From the NCBI GenBank assembly GCA_040389905.1, contig JAZJZK010000049.1, positions 1 through 57,964 of the forward strand: a stretch of 57,964 nucleotides of DNA, given 5' to 3'. Both the position numbers and the translations under genes were made by a program. The DNA is from Gemmatimonadota bacterium (GTDB taxonomy: Bacteria > Gemmatimonadota > Gemmatimonadetes > Gemmatimonadales > Gemmatimonadaceae). The notes beneath the pieces were generated by a model. That model made no database searches. It had not been told where the DNA came from and saw only the letters and a program-made list of their open reading frames with translations. Every line of letters begins with the position of its first letter. The stretch's first letter is position 1. This document shows positions 37,929-46,326 of the stretch, piece by piece.

Positions 37929-40787
37929 TCAGTCGTTCGCCTCACGTGCGGGAATGACGCCACGCGCTTCGCGCGTGAGGACCAGCTCATCGACCTGCGA
38001 CGACCAGGTGATCGGCATCGGATTGTGCGGAGCGGGAGTCTTTGCAGGAACGATATCGTCCGCAGGCCCCTCTTCCTTAACCGCCTCGCGGGGCACGCTC
38101 CGCGCCGCTCGCGGGGCGGGCACGACCGATTCGTGCTCGGTGGAATTGAAGTTCACGATCTGCTTCCATCCACGCGCTAACGCGTCGGCGAAGATGAGCA
38201 CGAGGTCGCCGGGCCGCGCCATCTTGAGGGCGGTGTCGATGGCCTGCTGTTCATCGACGATCAATGACATCCGTTCGGCCTCGATGCCAGAGGCACTCAG
38301 GGCATTCATCAGCATACGCGGAACGTCTTCATCACCGCGACCGCGACGCCCATCATCCCGGCGGCAGATGTAGTGATCGAAGTTTCCCGCCGCCGCCACC
38401 GCGCCGATGGCGTGGATGTCCTCATCGCGACGGTCGCCAGGCGCCGAGAGCACACAGATGCGATGGCCCTTCACGTCCATGCGGCTCACGAGCTGACAGA
38501 GCGCACTCACCGCGTGCGCATTGTGGCCATAATCGTACAGCACGCGGAACGGATGCTCGTCATACACGTTCAATCGGCCCGGCGCCTGGAAGAACGTCGT
38601 GTCGAAGGTGCGCAGTCCGTGACGAATGTCTTCGAGTCGCACGCCCATCGAGAACGCCATCGCCGCCGCGAACATGGCGTTCTGCACGTTGAATGTCGCG
38701 CGGCCTTCGAGCGTCGCGGGAATCAGGTGCGTCCAGAGCAGCGGAATGTGCGCGCCATGATCGTAAATCGTGATCATGTGGCCGTTCACACCAGCCTCGA
38801 TCGCGCATGCGCGCCCCCCAGCGCGAATGTGCTCGCGCACGAGATCATGCGCCGGATCCATCGTCACGTAGCAGATGTGCTTCGCGTCCGTATACGCCGC
38901 CATGCGCAGCGTGAGCGGATCATCCGCGTTGAGCACGGCCGTGTCCGTCGCAATCTCCACGATCGTGCGCTTCACCTCGGCGAGTTGCTCGAGGGTATCG
39001 ATTCCCTTCTGGCCGAGATGGTCGGGCTGGATGTTGAGGACGGCGCCCACGTCAACGTGTCGCATCGCCATCCCAGCGCGAAGCAGGCCGCCGCGCGCCG
39101 TTTCCAGCACCGCCACTTCGACGGCGGGATCACTGAGAACGATGCGCGCAGACGTCGGACCGGTCATGTCGCCCTCGACCGTCCGCTGTCCGTCGATGTA
39201 CACACCATCCGTGGTCGTCAGGCCAACGCGCTTTCCAGCGAGCTTGTGAATGTGCGCGAGCAGGCGCGCCGTCGTCGTCTTGCCATTCGTTCCCGTGATC
39301 GCCGCGATGGGAATCGTGCTCGGCGCATTCCTCGGGAACAGCATTTCGATCACCTTGCCCGCAGCATCTCGCGGACGTCCTTCGCTTGGCGCCGCGTGCA
39401 TGCGGAACCCCGGAGCGGCGTTCACTTCGCATACCGCGCCCCCGACGTCGCGATACGACTGGGTGATGTCGGGCGAGAGAAAGTCAACGCCACCGATATC
39501 GAGCCCGATGGCTTGAATGGCGCGAATTGCCATCTCAGCGTTGTCCGGATGCACCACATCGGTGACGTCGGCGGCAGTGCCGCCTGTGGATAGGTTCGCG
39601 GTGAGGCGCAGATAGACGTCTTCCCCATCGGCCGGCACCGTCGCTGGCGTGTAGCCGCGCTTTCGGAGCAGGCCGTTTGCCTGGTCGTCGAGCGATAGCT
39701 GCGTCAGCACTTTCTCGTGCCCGATGCCGCGGCGCGGATCGGAATTGACGATCGCCACCAACTCCTCGATCGTGTGCACGCCATCGCCGGTGACTTTGCC
39801 AGGTTCACGCTTCGAGACGGCGACCAGCTCACCATTCACAACGAGCATGCGGTGATCATGCCCACTGATGAAACTCTCGACGATCACACTGCGCGAATGC
39901 TCTTGCGCGCGTACGAAGCCGGCTCGTACGTCATCGGCCGACGTCAGCCCGATGGACACACCGCGCCCATGGTTGCCGTTGTACGGTTTCGTGACAACCG
40001 GATACCCCATGCGCTCGGCGGCCGCCACGGCGCGCTCCGCCGTCTGCACGAGGCGCTGCTTCGGCACCGGGAGCCCCAGGCGCGAGAGAATACGGTTGGT
40101 TTCTTCCTTGTCCGACGCAAGCTCGACCGCGACGTGTGATGTGCGTCCCGTGATCGTCGCCTGGATGCGCTGCTGGTTGCAGCCGTAGCCGAGCTGGATC
40201 AGGCTCTGTTCGTTGAGGCGCAGCCACGGGATGTTCCGCTTCTCTGCCGCATGCACGATGCTCGCGGTGCTCGGCCCAAGGGCGCGCCGCTGCGCGTAGC
40301 GAATGAAATCGTCGCGTCGCGATTGGAGGTCGAAGGTGCTGTCGATGAGATTCGGGGGACGCAGTTCGTTCGGGAGCAGGCAATGGAGCAGATCGAGCGC
40401 GACGTCCGCTGCTTCGATGCCGACATCCTCCTGCTCGTATTCGAACACGACGTCATAGACGCCGGGCCGCGACGTCTCGCGCGTCTTGCCGAAGGTGACC
40501 TTCACGCCGGCGATGTTCTGTAACTCGATGGCCACGTGCTCGAGGACGTGCCCTAGCCAGGTCCCTTCGTCTTCGGTCATGCGGCGGACGAAACCGCCAG
40601 CTTCGCCGTAGGAGCAGCCGTGCTCCTTCAGCCCGGGCAATGCCTCCAGGAGTGCGGCGACGAAACCGGAACCGAGTCGACTCGTTGGCCATTCTTCGAG
40701 AGGTCCAAGATCGAGCTCGAGCCTGATGACGGGAAAATGCGCATAGTGGCTCGGACCGACATAGATGGACCGCTCGAGGATTTCCAT
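37929..40787 (-). CDS. cphA: Cyanophycin synthetase
   Basis: N domain (C...GGF...GHVLEH), LGPSTASIV, ATP-grasp (KPYNGNHGRGV, ANLSTGG, EVNAAPGFRMH), Mur domain (ITGTNGKTTT, LETARGG, PGRLN, DYGHN, GDRRD). Confidence 0.96.
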   Translation of the reverse strand: MEILERSIYVGPSHYAHFPVIRLELDLGPLEEWPTSRLGSGFVAALLEALPGLKEHGCSYGEAGGFVRRMTEDEGTWLGHVLEHVAIELQNIAGVKVTFGKTRETSRPGVYDVVFEYEQEDVGIEAADVALDLLHCLLPNELRPPNLIDSTFDLQSRRDDFIRYAQRRALGPSTASIVHAAEKRNIPWLRLNEQSLIQLGYGCNQQRIQATITGRTSHVAVELASDKEETNRILSRLGLPVPKQRLVQTAERAVAAAERMGYPVVTKPYNGNHGRGVSIGLTSADDVRAGFVRAQEHSRSVIVESFISGHDHRMLVVNGELVAVSKREPGKVTGDGVHTIEELVAIVNSDPRRGIGHEKVLTQLSLDDQANGLLRKRGYTPATVPADGEDVYLRLTANLSTGGTAADVTDVVHPDNAEMAIRAIQAIGLDIGGVDFLSPDITQSYRDVGGAVCEVNAAPGFRMHAAPSEGRPRDAAGKVIEMLFPRNAPSTIPIAAITGTNGKTTTARLLAHIHKLAGKRVGLTTTDGVYIDGQRTVEGDMTGPTSARIVLSDPAVEVAVLETARGGLLRAGMAMRHVDVGAVLNIQPDHLGQKGIDTLEQLAEVKRTIVEIATDTAVLNADDPLTLRMAAYTDAKHICYVTMDPAHDLVREHIRAGGRACAIEAGVNGHMITIYDHGAHIPLLWTHLIPATLEGRATFNVQNAMFAAAMAFSMGVRLEDIRHGLRTFDTTFFQAPGRLNVYDEHPFRVLYDYGHNAHAVSALCQLVSRMDVKGHRICVLSAPGDRRDEDIHAIGAVAAAGNFDHYICRRDDGRRGRGDEDVPRMLMNALSASGIEAERMSLIVDEQQAIDTALKMARPGDLVLIFADALARGWKQIVNFNSTEHESVVPAPRAARSVPREAVKEEGPADDIVPAKTPAPHNPMPITWSSQVDELVLTREARGVIPAREAND

Positions 40788-40794
40788 GAATCGT

Positions 40795-41625
40795 CTAGTG
40801 ACCTGTCACGAAGGTGGACGCGCCCTGAGCCTTGCGAGTATTGAGGTCGAACGTGGCGCCGGCGGCGAGAACATGCACTTTCACGCCCACCAGCGTAATG
40901 CTGTCGCCCGGTTTCGCCTCCGCAATGGAGGAGACCTCGACGTCGGACGGATCGACGACGGTCACGGCAGCGGAACCGATCACTTCGATCGTGTCGTCGG
41001 CCCGTATGAGCGCGGCGGTATCTTCATCGACGCCAAGGCCCACGGCAAAGGGATTGTAGGCGAGTGCCGTGAGGAGCCGGCCGAGTCGTTCGCGCTGCCG
41101 AAAATGCTGGTCGACGATGACCTTGTTGGTGAGACCGAGGCCGGCGCACATCTGCACCATGCCAGCGCGAGGTGTGGCCCCTTCCTCACCGTAGGCGATC
41201 ATGTGCTCGGAGAGGAACGCAGCGCCCGCGCTCGTGCCCGCCACCGGAACGCCGGCGGCATTCCGCGAACGCAGCAACTTCGCGACCGGCGTGCCGCCAA
41301 GCGTGGACGCGAGCTTGAGCTGGTTGCCGCCGGTGATGAAGATGCCCGTGGCATCGGCGAGCCAGTCGAGCCAGTCACTGTCATCGCAGTCGATACGATG
41401 CTCGAAGTGCAGTGACTTGGCGCTCGCAACGCCACGCCGCACGAAGACGCGTTCGTAGAACGTGCCGATGTCCGGTTCGCTCGACGCCGTTGGGATAACG
41501 GCAATGCGCGCCGTCGAGCCGCCACTGAGCTCGATGAATCGCTCGAGAATTGCCGGATCGAGCAGCTTTCCCCCGATGGGAATGATGCAGCCGCGCGGGG
41601 TACCGGGATGAGCGTGAGAAGGCAT
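40795..41625 (-). CDS. cphB: Cyanophycinase (S51 family), no signal peptide
   Basis: IIPIGG, IPTAS, TGGNQ, AGTSAGA, DQHFRQRERLGRL, GLGVDEDT; directly upstream of cphA. Confidence 0.95.
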   Translation of the reverse strand: MPSHAHPGTPRGCIIPIGGKLLDPAILERFIELSGGSTARIAVIPTASSEPDIGTFYERVFVRRGVASAKSLHFEHRIDCDDSDWLDWLADATGIFITGGNQLKLASTLGGTPVAKLLRSRNAAGVPVAGTSAGAAFLSEHMIAYGEEGATPRAGMVQMCAGLGLTNKVIVDQHFRQRERLGRLLTALAYNPFAVGLGVDEDTAALIRADDTIEVIGSAAVTVVDPSDVEVSSIAEAKPGDSITLVGVKVHVLAAGATFDLNTRKAQGASTFVTGH

Positions 41626-41668
41626 ACGCCGGAAAGCTAACGCCAAGGGTACGGCCTCGGAAACGCGC

Positions 41669-41701
41669 CTACGGCTGCTTGCGTGGAGCCCGGTCCATCG
41701 T
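41669..41701 (-). pseudogene. Orphan duplicate of the last 11 codons (TMDRAPRKQP*) of the Ser/Thr kinase gene
   Basis: Same peptide as 43566-43598 with 6 nucleotide differences, all synonymous. Confidence 0.8.
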
Positions 41702-41706
41702 TGTGC

Positions 41707-41800
41707 AGCCATCACAATCTTCTCGCGAGAGGGAGTGGCCGAGATCCTCAACCTGCAGGCGGGGCCGGATGGTACGGCCAAGCCGTATCAGGTACGACGG
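41707..41800 (+). pseudogene. hicA: HicA toxin fragment
   Basis: SHH(+1 nt)IFSREGVAEILNLQAGPDGTAKPYQVR; 5' and 3' truncated. Confidence 0.75.
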
Positions 41801-41981
41801 GAGTGAGCCGGACCACGCCTTTGTCGCCGAGGTGTCTGAGCTCTCCGGATGTGCCGCGGACGGGCCCACGTATGGGGCCGCGCTGGCGCAGGCCGAGGTC
41901 GTGATCCAGCAATGGATAGAGACGGCCCGCGAACTGGGACGTGAAATTCCCACGCCACGGGGTCGACTCCTCTACGCGTCG
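41801..41981 (+). pseudogene. hicB: HicB antitoxin fragment
   Basis: SEPDHAFVAEVSELSGCAADGPTYGAALAQAEVVIQQWIETARELGREIPTPRGRLLYA; start missing and expected stop reads TCG. Confidence 0.8.
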
Positions 41982-42003
41982 CTGGGCGAGATCACGACCC
42001 GCA

Positions 42004-42101
42004 ATCGAACGTGCGCTGCGCGCGACGAGCGATTTGCTGATGGCGCCCGCTGCCGGGCGCTATTTTTTGGTCGCTTGCAAGTGTGAACTCAGGCGTTCGG
42101 T
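42004..42101 (+). mobile_element. Degenerate integron attC-like site (attC-1)
   Basis: R'' ATCGAAC ... R' GTTCGGT; internal pairing GAGCGA/TCGCTT and GCGCCCG/CGGGCGC; directly after hicB. Confidence 0.6.
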
Positions 42102-42167
42102 GGGTACTGCGGCGTGCGGCTCCGATCGCCGAGTAGCGTTCTAGTTGGCCGGGGCTAGCTTCCGACG

Positions 42168-42663
42168 ATGCCGCCGACCGTCTACGTCGAAACCACCATT
42201 TTCAGCTACCTGACGGCTCGCCCCACGGCAAACGTGGTGGCGGCCGGTCGGCAGCACGTCACGCAGGCGTGGTGGGCGACACGACGCGAGGCATTCGCGC
42301 TGTTCGTCTCCGAGTTGGTTCTTGAGGAAGCGGCCGCCGGAGATCCCAACGCCGCGGACCGCAGGCTGACGGTTGCCCGGTCGTTGCCCTTGGTGAACGT
42401 TACCGAGCGTGCGTTGACGCTCGCTCCCGAACTCCAAGCGCTTGCGCGACTCCCGGAACGGGCCCGCGCGGATGCGCTGCACATCGCGCTGGCGGCCGCA
42501 CGGAATAAACTATCTCTTAACGTGGAATCTGCGGCACATCGCCAATGCGGAGCTGCGCCCCCGCCTTGAGGCCGCGTGCCGGGCGCGGGGGTATCGGCCG
42601 CCGGTGCTCTGTACGCCAGACGAGCTGATGGGTTCGAGCAATGGGGAGGCGAGTCGTGAATGA
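42168..42663 (+). pseudogene. PIN-domain (VapC-like) toxin, frameshifted near 42497
   Basis: TVYVETTIFSYL...SELVLEEA...ADALHIALAA then another frame continues HGINYLLTWNLRHIANA...LCTPDELM. Confidence 0.85.
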
Positions 42664-42871
42664 GATACCCCGGCCCGGCGACGCGGGCGACTGGGTCGGT
42701 GAGGATGAGATTGTGGCTGAGGTTCGCGCAGCCCGCGATGCCATTTTTGCCCGTGCCGGTTATGACATCCAGGAGCTCGGTCGACAATTGCGGGCTCGCC
42801 AGGCTGCGGCCGGTCGCGCGGGCGTCACGCTGCCCCCGAAGCCGCCGGAAAGCGACAGTCCCGCGGCGTAG
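42656..42871 (+). CDS. Small putative antitoxin/partner of the PIN toxin
   Basis: GTG overlapping the toxin end with GGAGG RBS; DEIVAEVRAARDAIFARAGYDI pattern seen in small ORFs following this PIN type. Confidence 0.65.
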   Translation: MNEIPRPGDAGDWVGEDEIVAEVRAARDAIFARAGYDIQELGRQLRARQAAAGRAGVTLPPKPPESDSPAA

Positions 42872-42903
42872 CACCGCACGGGCATCGCGCTCGGACACGT
42901 GCC

Positions 42904-42997
42904 ACCGAACAAACCATTGCAACAGTCCGCCGACCTTCTGATTGCTCGCTTCGCTCGCTTGATGTTATTCGGCTGCAGCTGAATGGTGGCGTTGAGG
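42904..42997 (+). mobile_element. Integron attC-like site (attC-2)
   Basis: R'' ACCGAAC; L'' ACCATT(G)CA pairs with L' TGAATGGT leaving one extra base; GCCGA/TCGGC stem; R' GTTGAGG. Confidence 0.75.
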
Positions 42998-43405
42998 CTG
43001 TTGAATCAGTAGGCAAGTCGTCTCGGCGCCTGGCTTACTGGATACTGTGATCATTCCTGACGATGAGATCGTCGATTGTGGCGACCTCGTTTTTCAACAC
43101 CTGACTCGCGTTGTCAACCGGCCGATTTGTTCTACAGCGTCCTTAGACAGCACCCTGAAATCCCAGGGCGGAGCTGAGTCAGGTCCGTTCATACCCTCCA
43201 CGGCCCGAGGCCTCCTCGCTGCACTCATTTGCCCAGTCACGGCTGAGGCTTCCACAACCTCTCGCGAGCGCAACGCGCCTGACCCACTACGGGCTCTACG
43301 ACACAGTGGTGGCGAGGGAGTAGGTGCGTGAGCGCGAGGCATTCACAAGTGACTCGGCGTACTTCATTGCGGTGAAGCGCTGAGAGAACTGATGTCGCAG
43401 GTAAA

Positions 43406-43525
43406 TGTCATCCTGCACGAGCGCGAAGCGAGCGAGTGTCGGGATCTACTTTCGCTGCGACGGAGCCGGCTACGCTGTGTAGGGTTGGTAGATCCCGACA
43501 CTCGCTTCGCTCATGCGGGATGACA
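43406..43525. repeat. TGTCA-ended REP-like palindromic element (family A2)
   Basis: TGTCATCCTGCACGAGCG..CGAGTGTCGGGATCTAC ... GTAGATCCCGACACTCG..ATGCGGGATGACA. Confidence 0.85.
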
Positions 43526-43565
43526 TCGCAACCGGCCGCAACACCTACGTGAAGAAGCATTGCGG

Positions 43566-45368
43566 CTAGGGTTGCTTGCGGGGCGCACGGTCCATTGTCA
43601 TGACTCCACGCATGATCGTCGTCACGAGCGGCGTGATTGCCCCTGGATCGCTGGCCCCCGTGACCGGCACGCGCGGACTGGAAGCGCCCTGCGTGCTGTA
43701 CGCTGGATGTGCGGTGAAGTCCCGCGACGTGACGTTCCATCTGATACTGTCCGCGCCGACGTCGCCAGACACATTCAGCGTGATCCACATGTCCGCGCCG
43801 ACCCATGTACGCAGGGAGTCGAGATCGCGGCTGCGAGCCAACGCCGCAACAACGGAATCTGCAGCGACGACGGTAAAGCGCTGCTGCGCGCGGAGGCGAG
43901 CCTGCACGCTGTCGCGCAGAACACCGGCCGCGATGATGAGCGCCGGAGCACGAAGACTCGAATGGATGGAGATCCCGACGCGACGTGCGGGTCCGAGATT
44001 GTTCGCCCGCTGTGCAAACGCATCGGGCGTCAGCGGCATGCGATTCGGTGGCAACGGGAAGACATTCAGGGCACTGCCGATACTCACCGATGTCTTCACA
44101 CGCGCCAGCGAGTCGCGCTGGCGTTGCTCTGCGAGCTCCTGCGCCCGTACCTGGGCGATCGAGTCACTGACAGTTCGCCTGACAGCGTTCGCAATCGAAT
44201 CGCGAAGGAGGCCCATCAAACGCGCGTCCTTCTGGTTGAACCGCTCCTGCAACAGGCGCATGCTGTCGCGTTCTGCTTTCGTCATTCCCTGCGTCACGAC
44301 GGGTGGCGCAACGGGAGGAACGGCCGCCACCGGGGCCTGCGCGATGGGCTTGAGCTCCGCAATCGTATTCCCGCTACCGATATTGGACCGCATGCTCCAC
44401 AGCACGCCGCCGATCACGACGATGAGCGCCGCGAGCGCGAGCATCATGCGGCGAGAGGACACCGCGGCGGTCGGCACCTGCACGCCACCAGACGTCGCGT
44501 TGACCGCTCTCAGCACTTCGAGCACCGACTCGGCACTCGCCGGCCGCCGGGCGGCATCCTTCTCGAGACACCGCGCGAGGAGCGCGGCGAGTACGGGGGG
44601 CACGTCCGGCCGGGCCTCGAGAATCGGAGGCGGCGCCTGGGTCAGTTGCGCCGCGAGAAGCGCCTGCGGCGAGGGAGCTCGAAAAGGCGAATGGCCAGTG
44701 AGCAGTTCATAGCCCAGAAGCCCAAAGGCATAGATGTCTACGCGGTGATCGGCGGACGAGTCGCCCGCGATCTGTTCCGGCGCCATGTACGCGGGCGTTC
44801 CGATCGCCACGCCCGATGCAGTTCCAGCGGCGGAACGAGACTCCATGCCAAGCGCCGTGCTGACGGCCTTGGCCACACCAAAATCGGTGATGACGGCGTG
44901 GCTTCCCTCGCGCAGGACGTTCGCCGGCTTGATATCCCGGTGAACGATGCCGGCCTTGTGCGCATAGGCAAGCGCGTCAGCGACGTCGAAGAGAATCTCG
45001 ATCGTTTCGGCCACGCTGAACTTCCGGCCATTATCGAGCGCGTGACGCAACGACTCGCCCTGAATGTACGGCATCGTGTAGTACAGCAGTTCGCCTTCCT
45101 CGGCAGCCGCGAAGAGCGGCGCAATGTGAGGATGCGTCAGGCGTGCCGCCATTTGCACTTCCCTGCGAAAGCGCTCCCGATTGGCGTCGGCGGCGATCTC
45201 CGGCGGCAGGAACTTGATGACGACCTGACGGTCGAGCGCGAGCTCCCGTGCGAGAAAGACACGGCTCATCCCTCCGCCGAGGAGTTCCCGGTAGATCTCG
45301 AACCGATCGCCCAAACGGGCGCGAATGCGTTCGAGGAACTCGTCGGTGGGGGGAACGTCAGCGGTCAT
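43566..45368 (-). CDS. Membrane serine/threonine protein kinase
   Basis: GGGMSRVF, VVIK, HRDIKPAN, DFG, GTPAYMAPEQ, DIYAFG; TM helix; extracytoplasmic helical and alpha/beta domain. Confidence 0.95.
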   Translation of the reverse strand: MTADVPPTDEFLERIRARLGDRFEIYRELLGGGMSRVFLARELALDRQVVIKFLPPEIAADANRERFRREVQMAARLTHPHIAPLFAAAEEGELLYYTMPYIQGESLRHALDNGRKFSVAETIEILFDVADALAYAHKAGIVHRDIKPANVLREGSHAVITDFGVAKAVSTALGMESRSAAGTASGVAIGTPAYMAPEQIAGDSSADHRVDIYAFGLLGYELLTGHSPFRAPSPQALLAAQLTQAPPPILEARPDVPPVLAALLARCLEKDAARRPASAESVLEVLRAVNATSGGVQVPTAAVSSRRMMLALAALIVVIGGVLWSMRSNIGSGNTIAELKPIAQAPVAAVPPVAPPVVTQGMTKAERDSMRLLQERFNQKDARLMGLLRDSIANAVRRTVSDSIAQVRAQELAEQRQRDSLARVKTSVSIGSALNVFPLPPNRMPLTPDAFAQRANNLGPARRVGISIHSSLRAPALIIAAGVLRDSVQARLRAQQRFTVVAADSVVAALARSRDLDSLRTWVGADMWITLNVSGDVGADSIRWNVTSRDFTAHPAYSTQGASSPRVPVTGASDPGAITPLVTTIMRGVMTMDRAPRKQP

Positions 45369-45544
45369 CGGTCAAATACAGGGTGTGCGATGGCGGGCCG
45401 CCACGGGTGGGCCGCTGGTTGTATGACACTGGAACGGGAGGGGAAGTTGGCCAACTTGAAGAATGGCAGCAAAACATGAGAGGAGGAAGCTGCATCGAAT
45501 CGCTCGTTTGTCGCCCGGCGCCCAAAGAGAGCCTCGGCCACCCG

Positions 45545-45634
45545 TCCGGTCAGCCGCACGCGCGATCCGGTCAATAACGCAGCGAGGTCCGGTCAACAAC
45601 TCTCCGCCGCCCGGTCAACAACTCTCCGCCGCCC
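45545..45634. repeat. Four phased direct repeats of CCGGTCA (21-22 bp period)
   Basis: CCGGTCA at 45546, 45567, 45589, 45611; last two units are an exact 22-bp tandem duplication. Confidence 0.8.
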
Positions 45635-45881
45635 GCGCGCGTCGAACACACCACCGCAGCATAAGCCTCGCGACGGTGCTAACCCCCTCTCACTAGAACG
45701 CTGGGTAACCCTCAGGGCGGTGATCGGCCTATATCACCAAGGCACTCGGGCACCCATCAGCGCCACGCTCCATTCCACGACACCGCCGTAGGGGTCACCT
45801 CAACGCTGCAACACGACTGCTCCGGCGAAGCGACTTCCGACTCCGAGCTTCCATAAGTAGGCCAGCGTGCCAACGACTCCT

Positions 45882-46289
45882 CTAGAACGGAGGCCCACCG
45901 AAACTGTAGTCGAGCGCGTAGGTGTGCTTCTTGTCCACGACTTCGATCTTCAGGGTGCCGACTATTCCCGTCAGCCCTCCGGAGCCCGAGTCAGGTACCA
46001 CCGTGACTGTCAGCGACGCCTCCCCACGGTTCATCGTGCCGGAGTGCTGGAGCACAAATCCTCCCTCCTGCCCCGCCACCGACCCCGTCACTCGCTCGAG
46101 CGCCACATAGCCCGCCGAGCCCTTCTCCAGACCCATGCAACTCAGCATCTCCACAGTGCTCGTAGCAACGAGATCGCCCTCGAACACTTTGGCGAAGGTT
46201 GTGCGGCCGAGCGCCGCCGCCCCCTCGACGGGATCGTACTCGGCCCTGCTCGTGGGGACGACAGAGAATGTGCCCTTTGCGATCGTCAT
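45882..46289 (-). CDS. DUF3224 domain protein
   Basis: AKGTF, KVFEGDL, GSAGYVALERVTG, GGFVLQH, VVPDSGSGGLTGI. Confidence 0.92.
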   Translation of the reverse strand: MTIAKGTFSVVPTSRAEYDPVEGAAALGRTTFAKVFEGDLVATSTVEMLSCMGLEKGSAGYVALERVTGSVAGQEGGFVLQHSGTMNRGEASLTVTVVPDSGSGGLTGIVGTLKIEVVDKKHTYALDYSFGGPPF

Positions 46290-46326
46290 TTCGTTCGTTG
46301 ACGTGGTTGAATGATAGGAGGGCGGG

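Noticed and set aside
41679..42086. 135-aa ORF as an intact HicB
   Set aside because: The N-terminal part is out-of-frame hicA and kinase-tail sequence and the C-terminus reads through into attC-1, so it is treated as a pseudogene.
45545..45634. Possible CRISPR array or plasmid iterons
   Set aside because: The units are too short, there are no unique 30-40 nt spacers, and no cas or rep gene is present.
45690..45870. Possible structured ncRNA or minus-strand attC (GCGTTGAGG, small hairpins)
   Set aside because: There is no matching AAC R'' box or L-box pairing and no recognisable RNA family, so support is insufficient.
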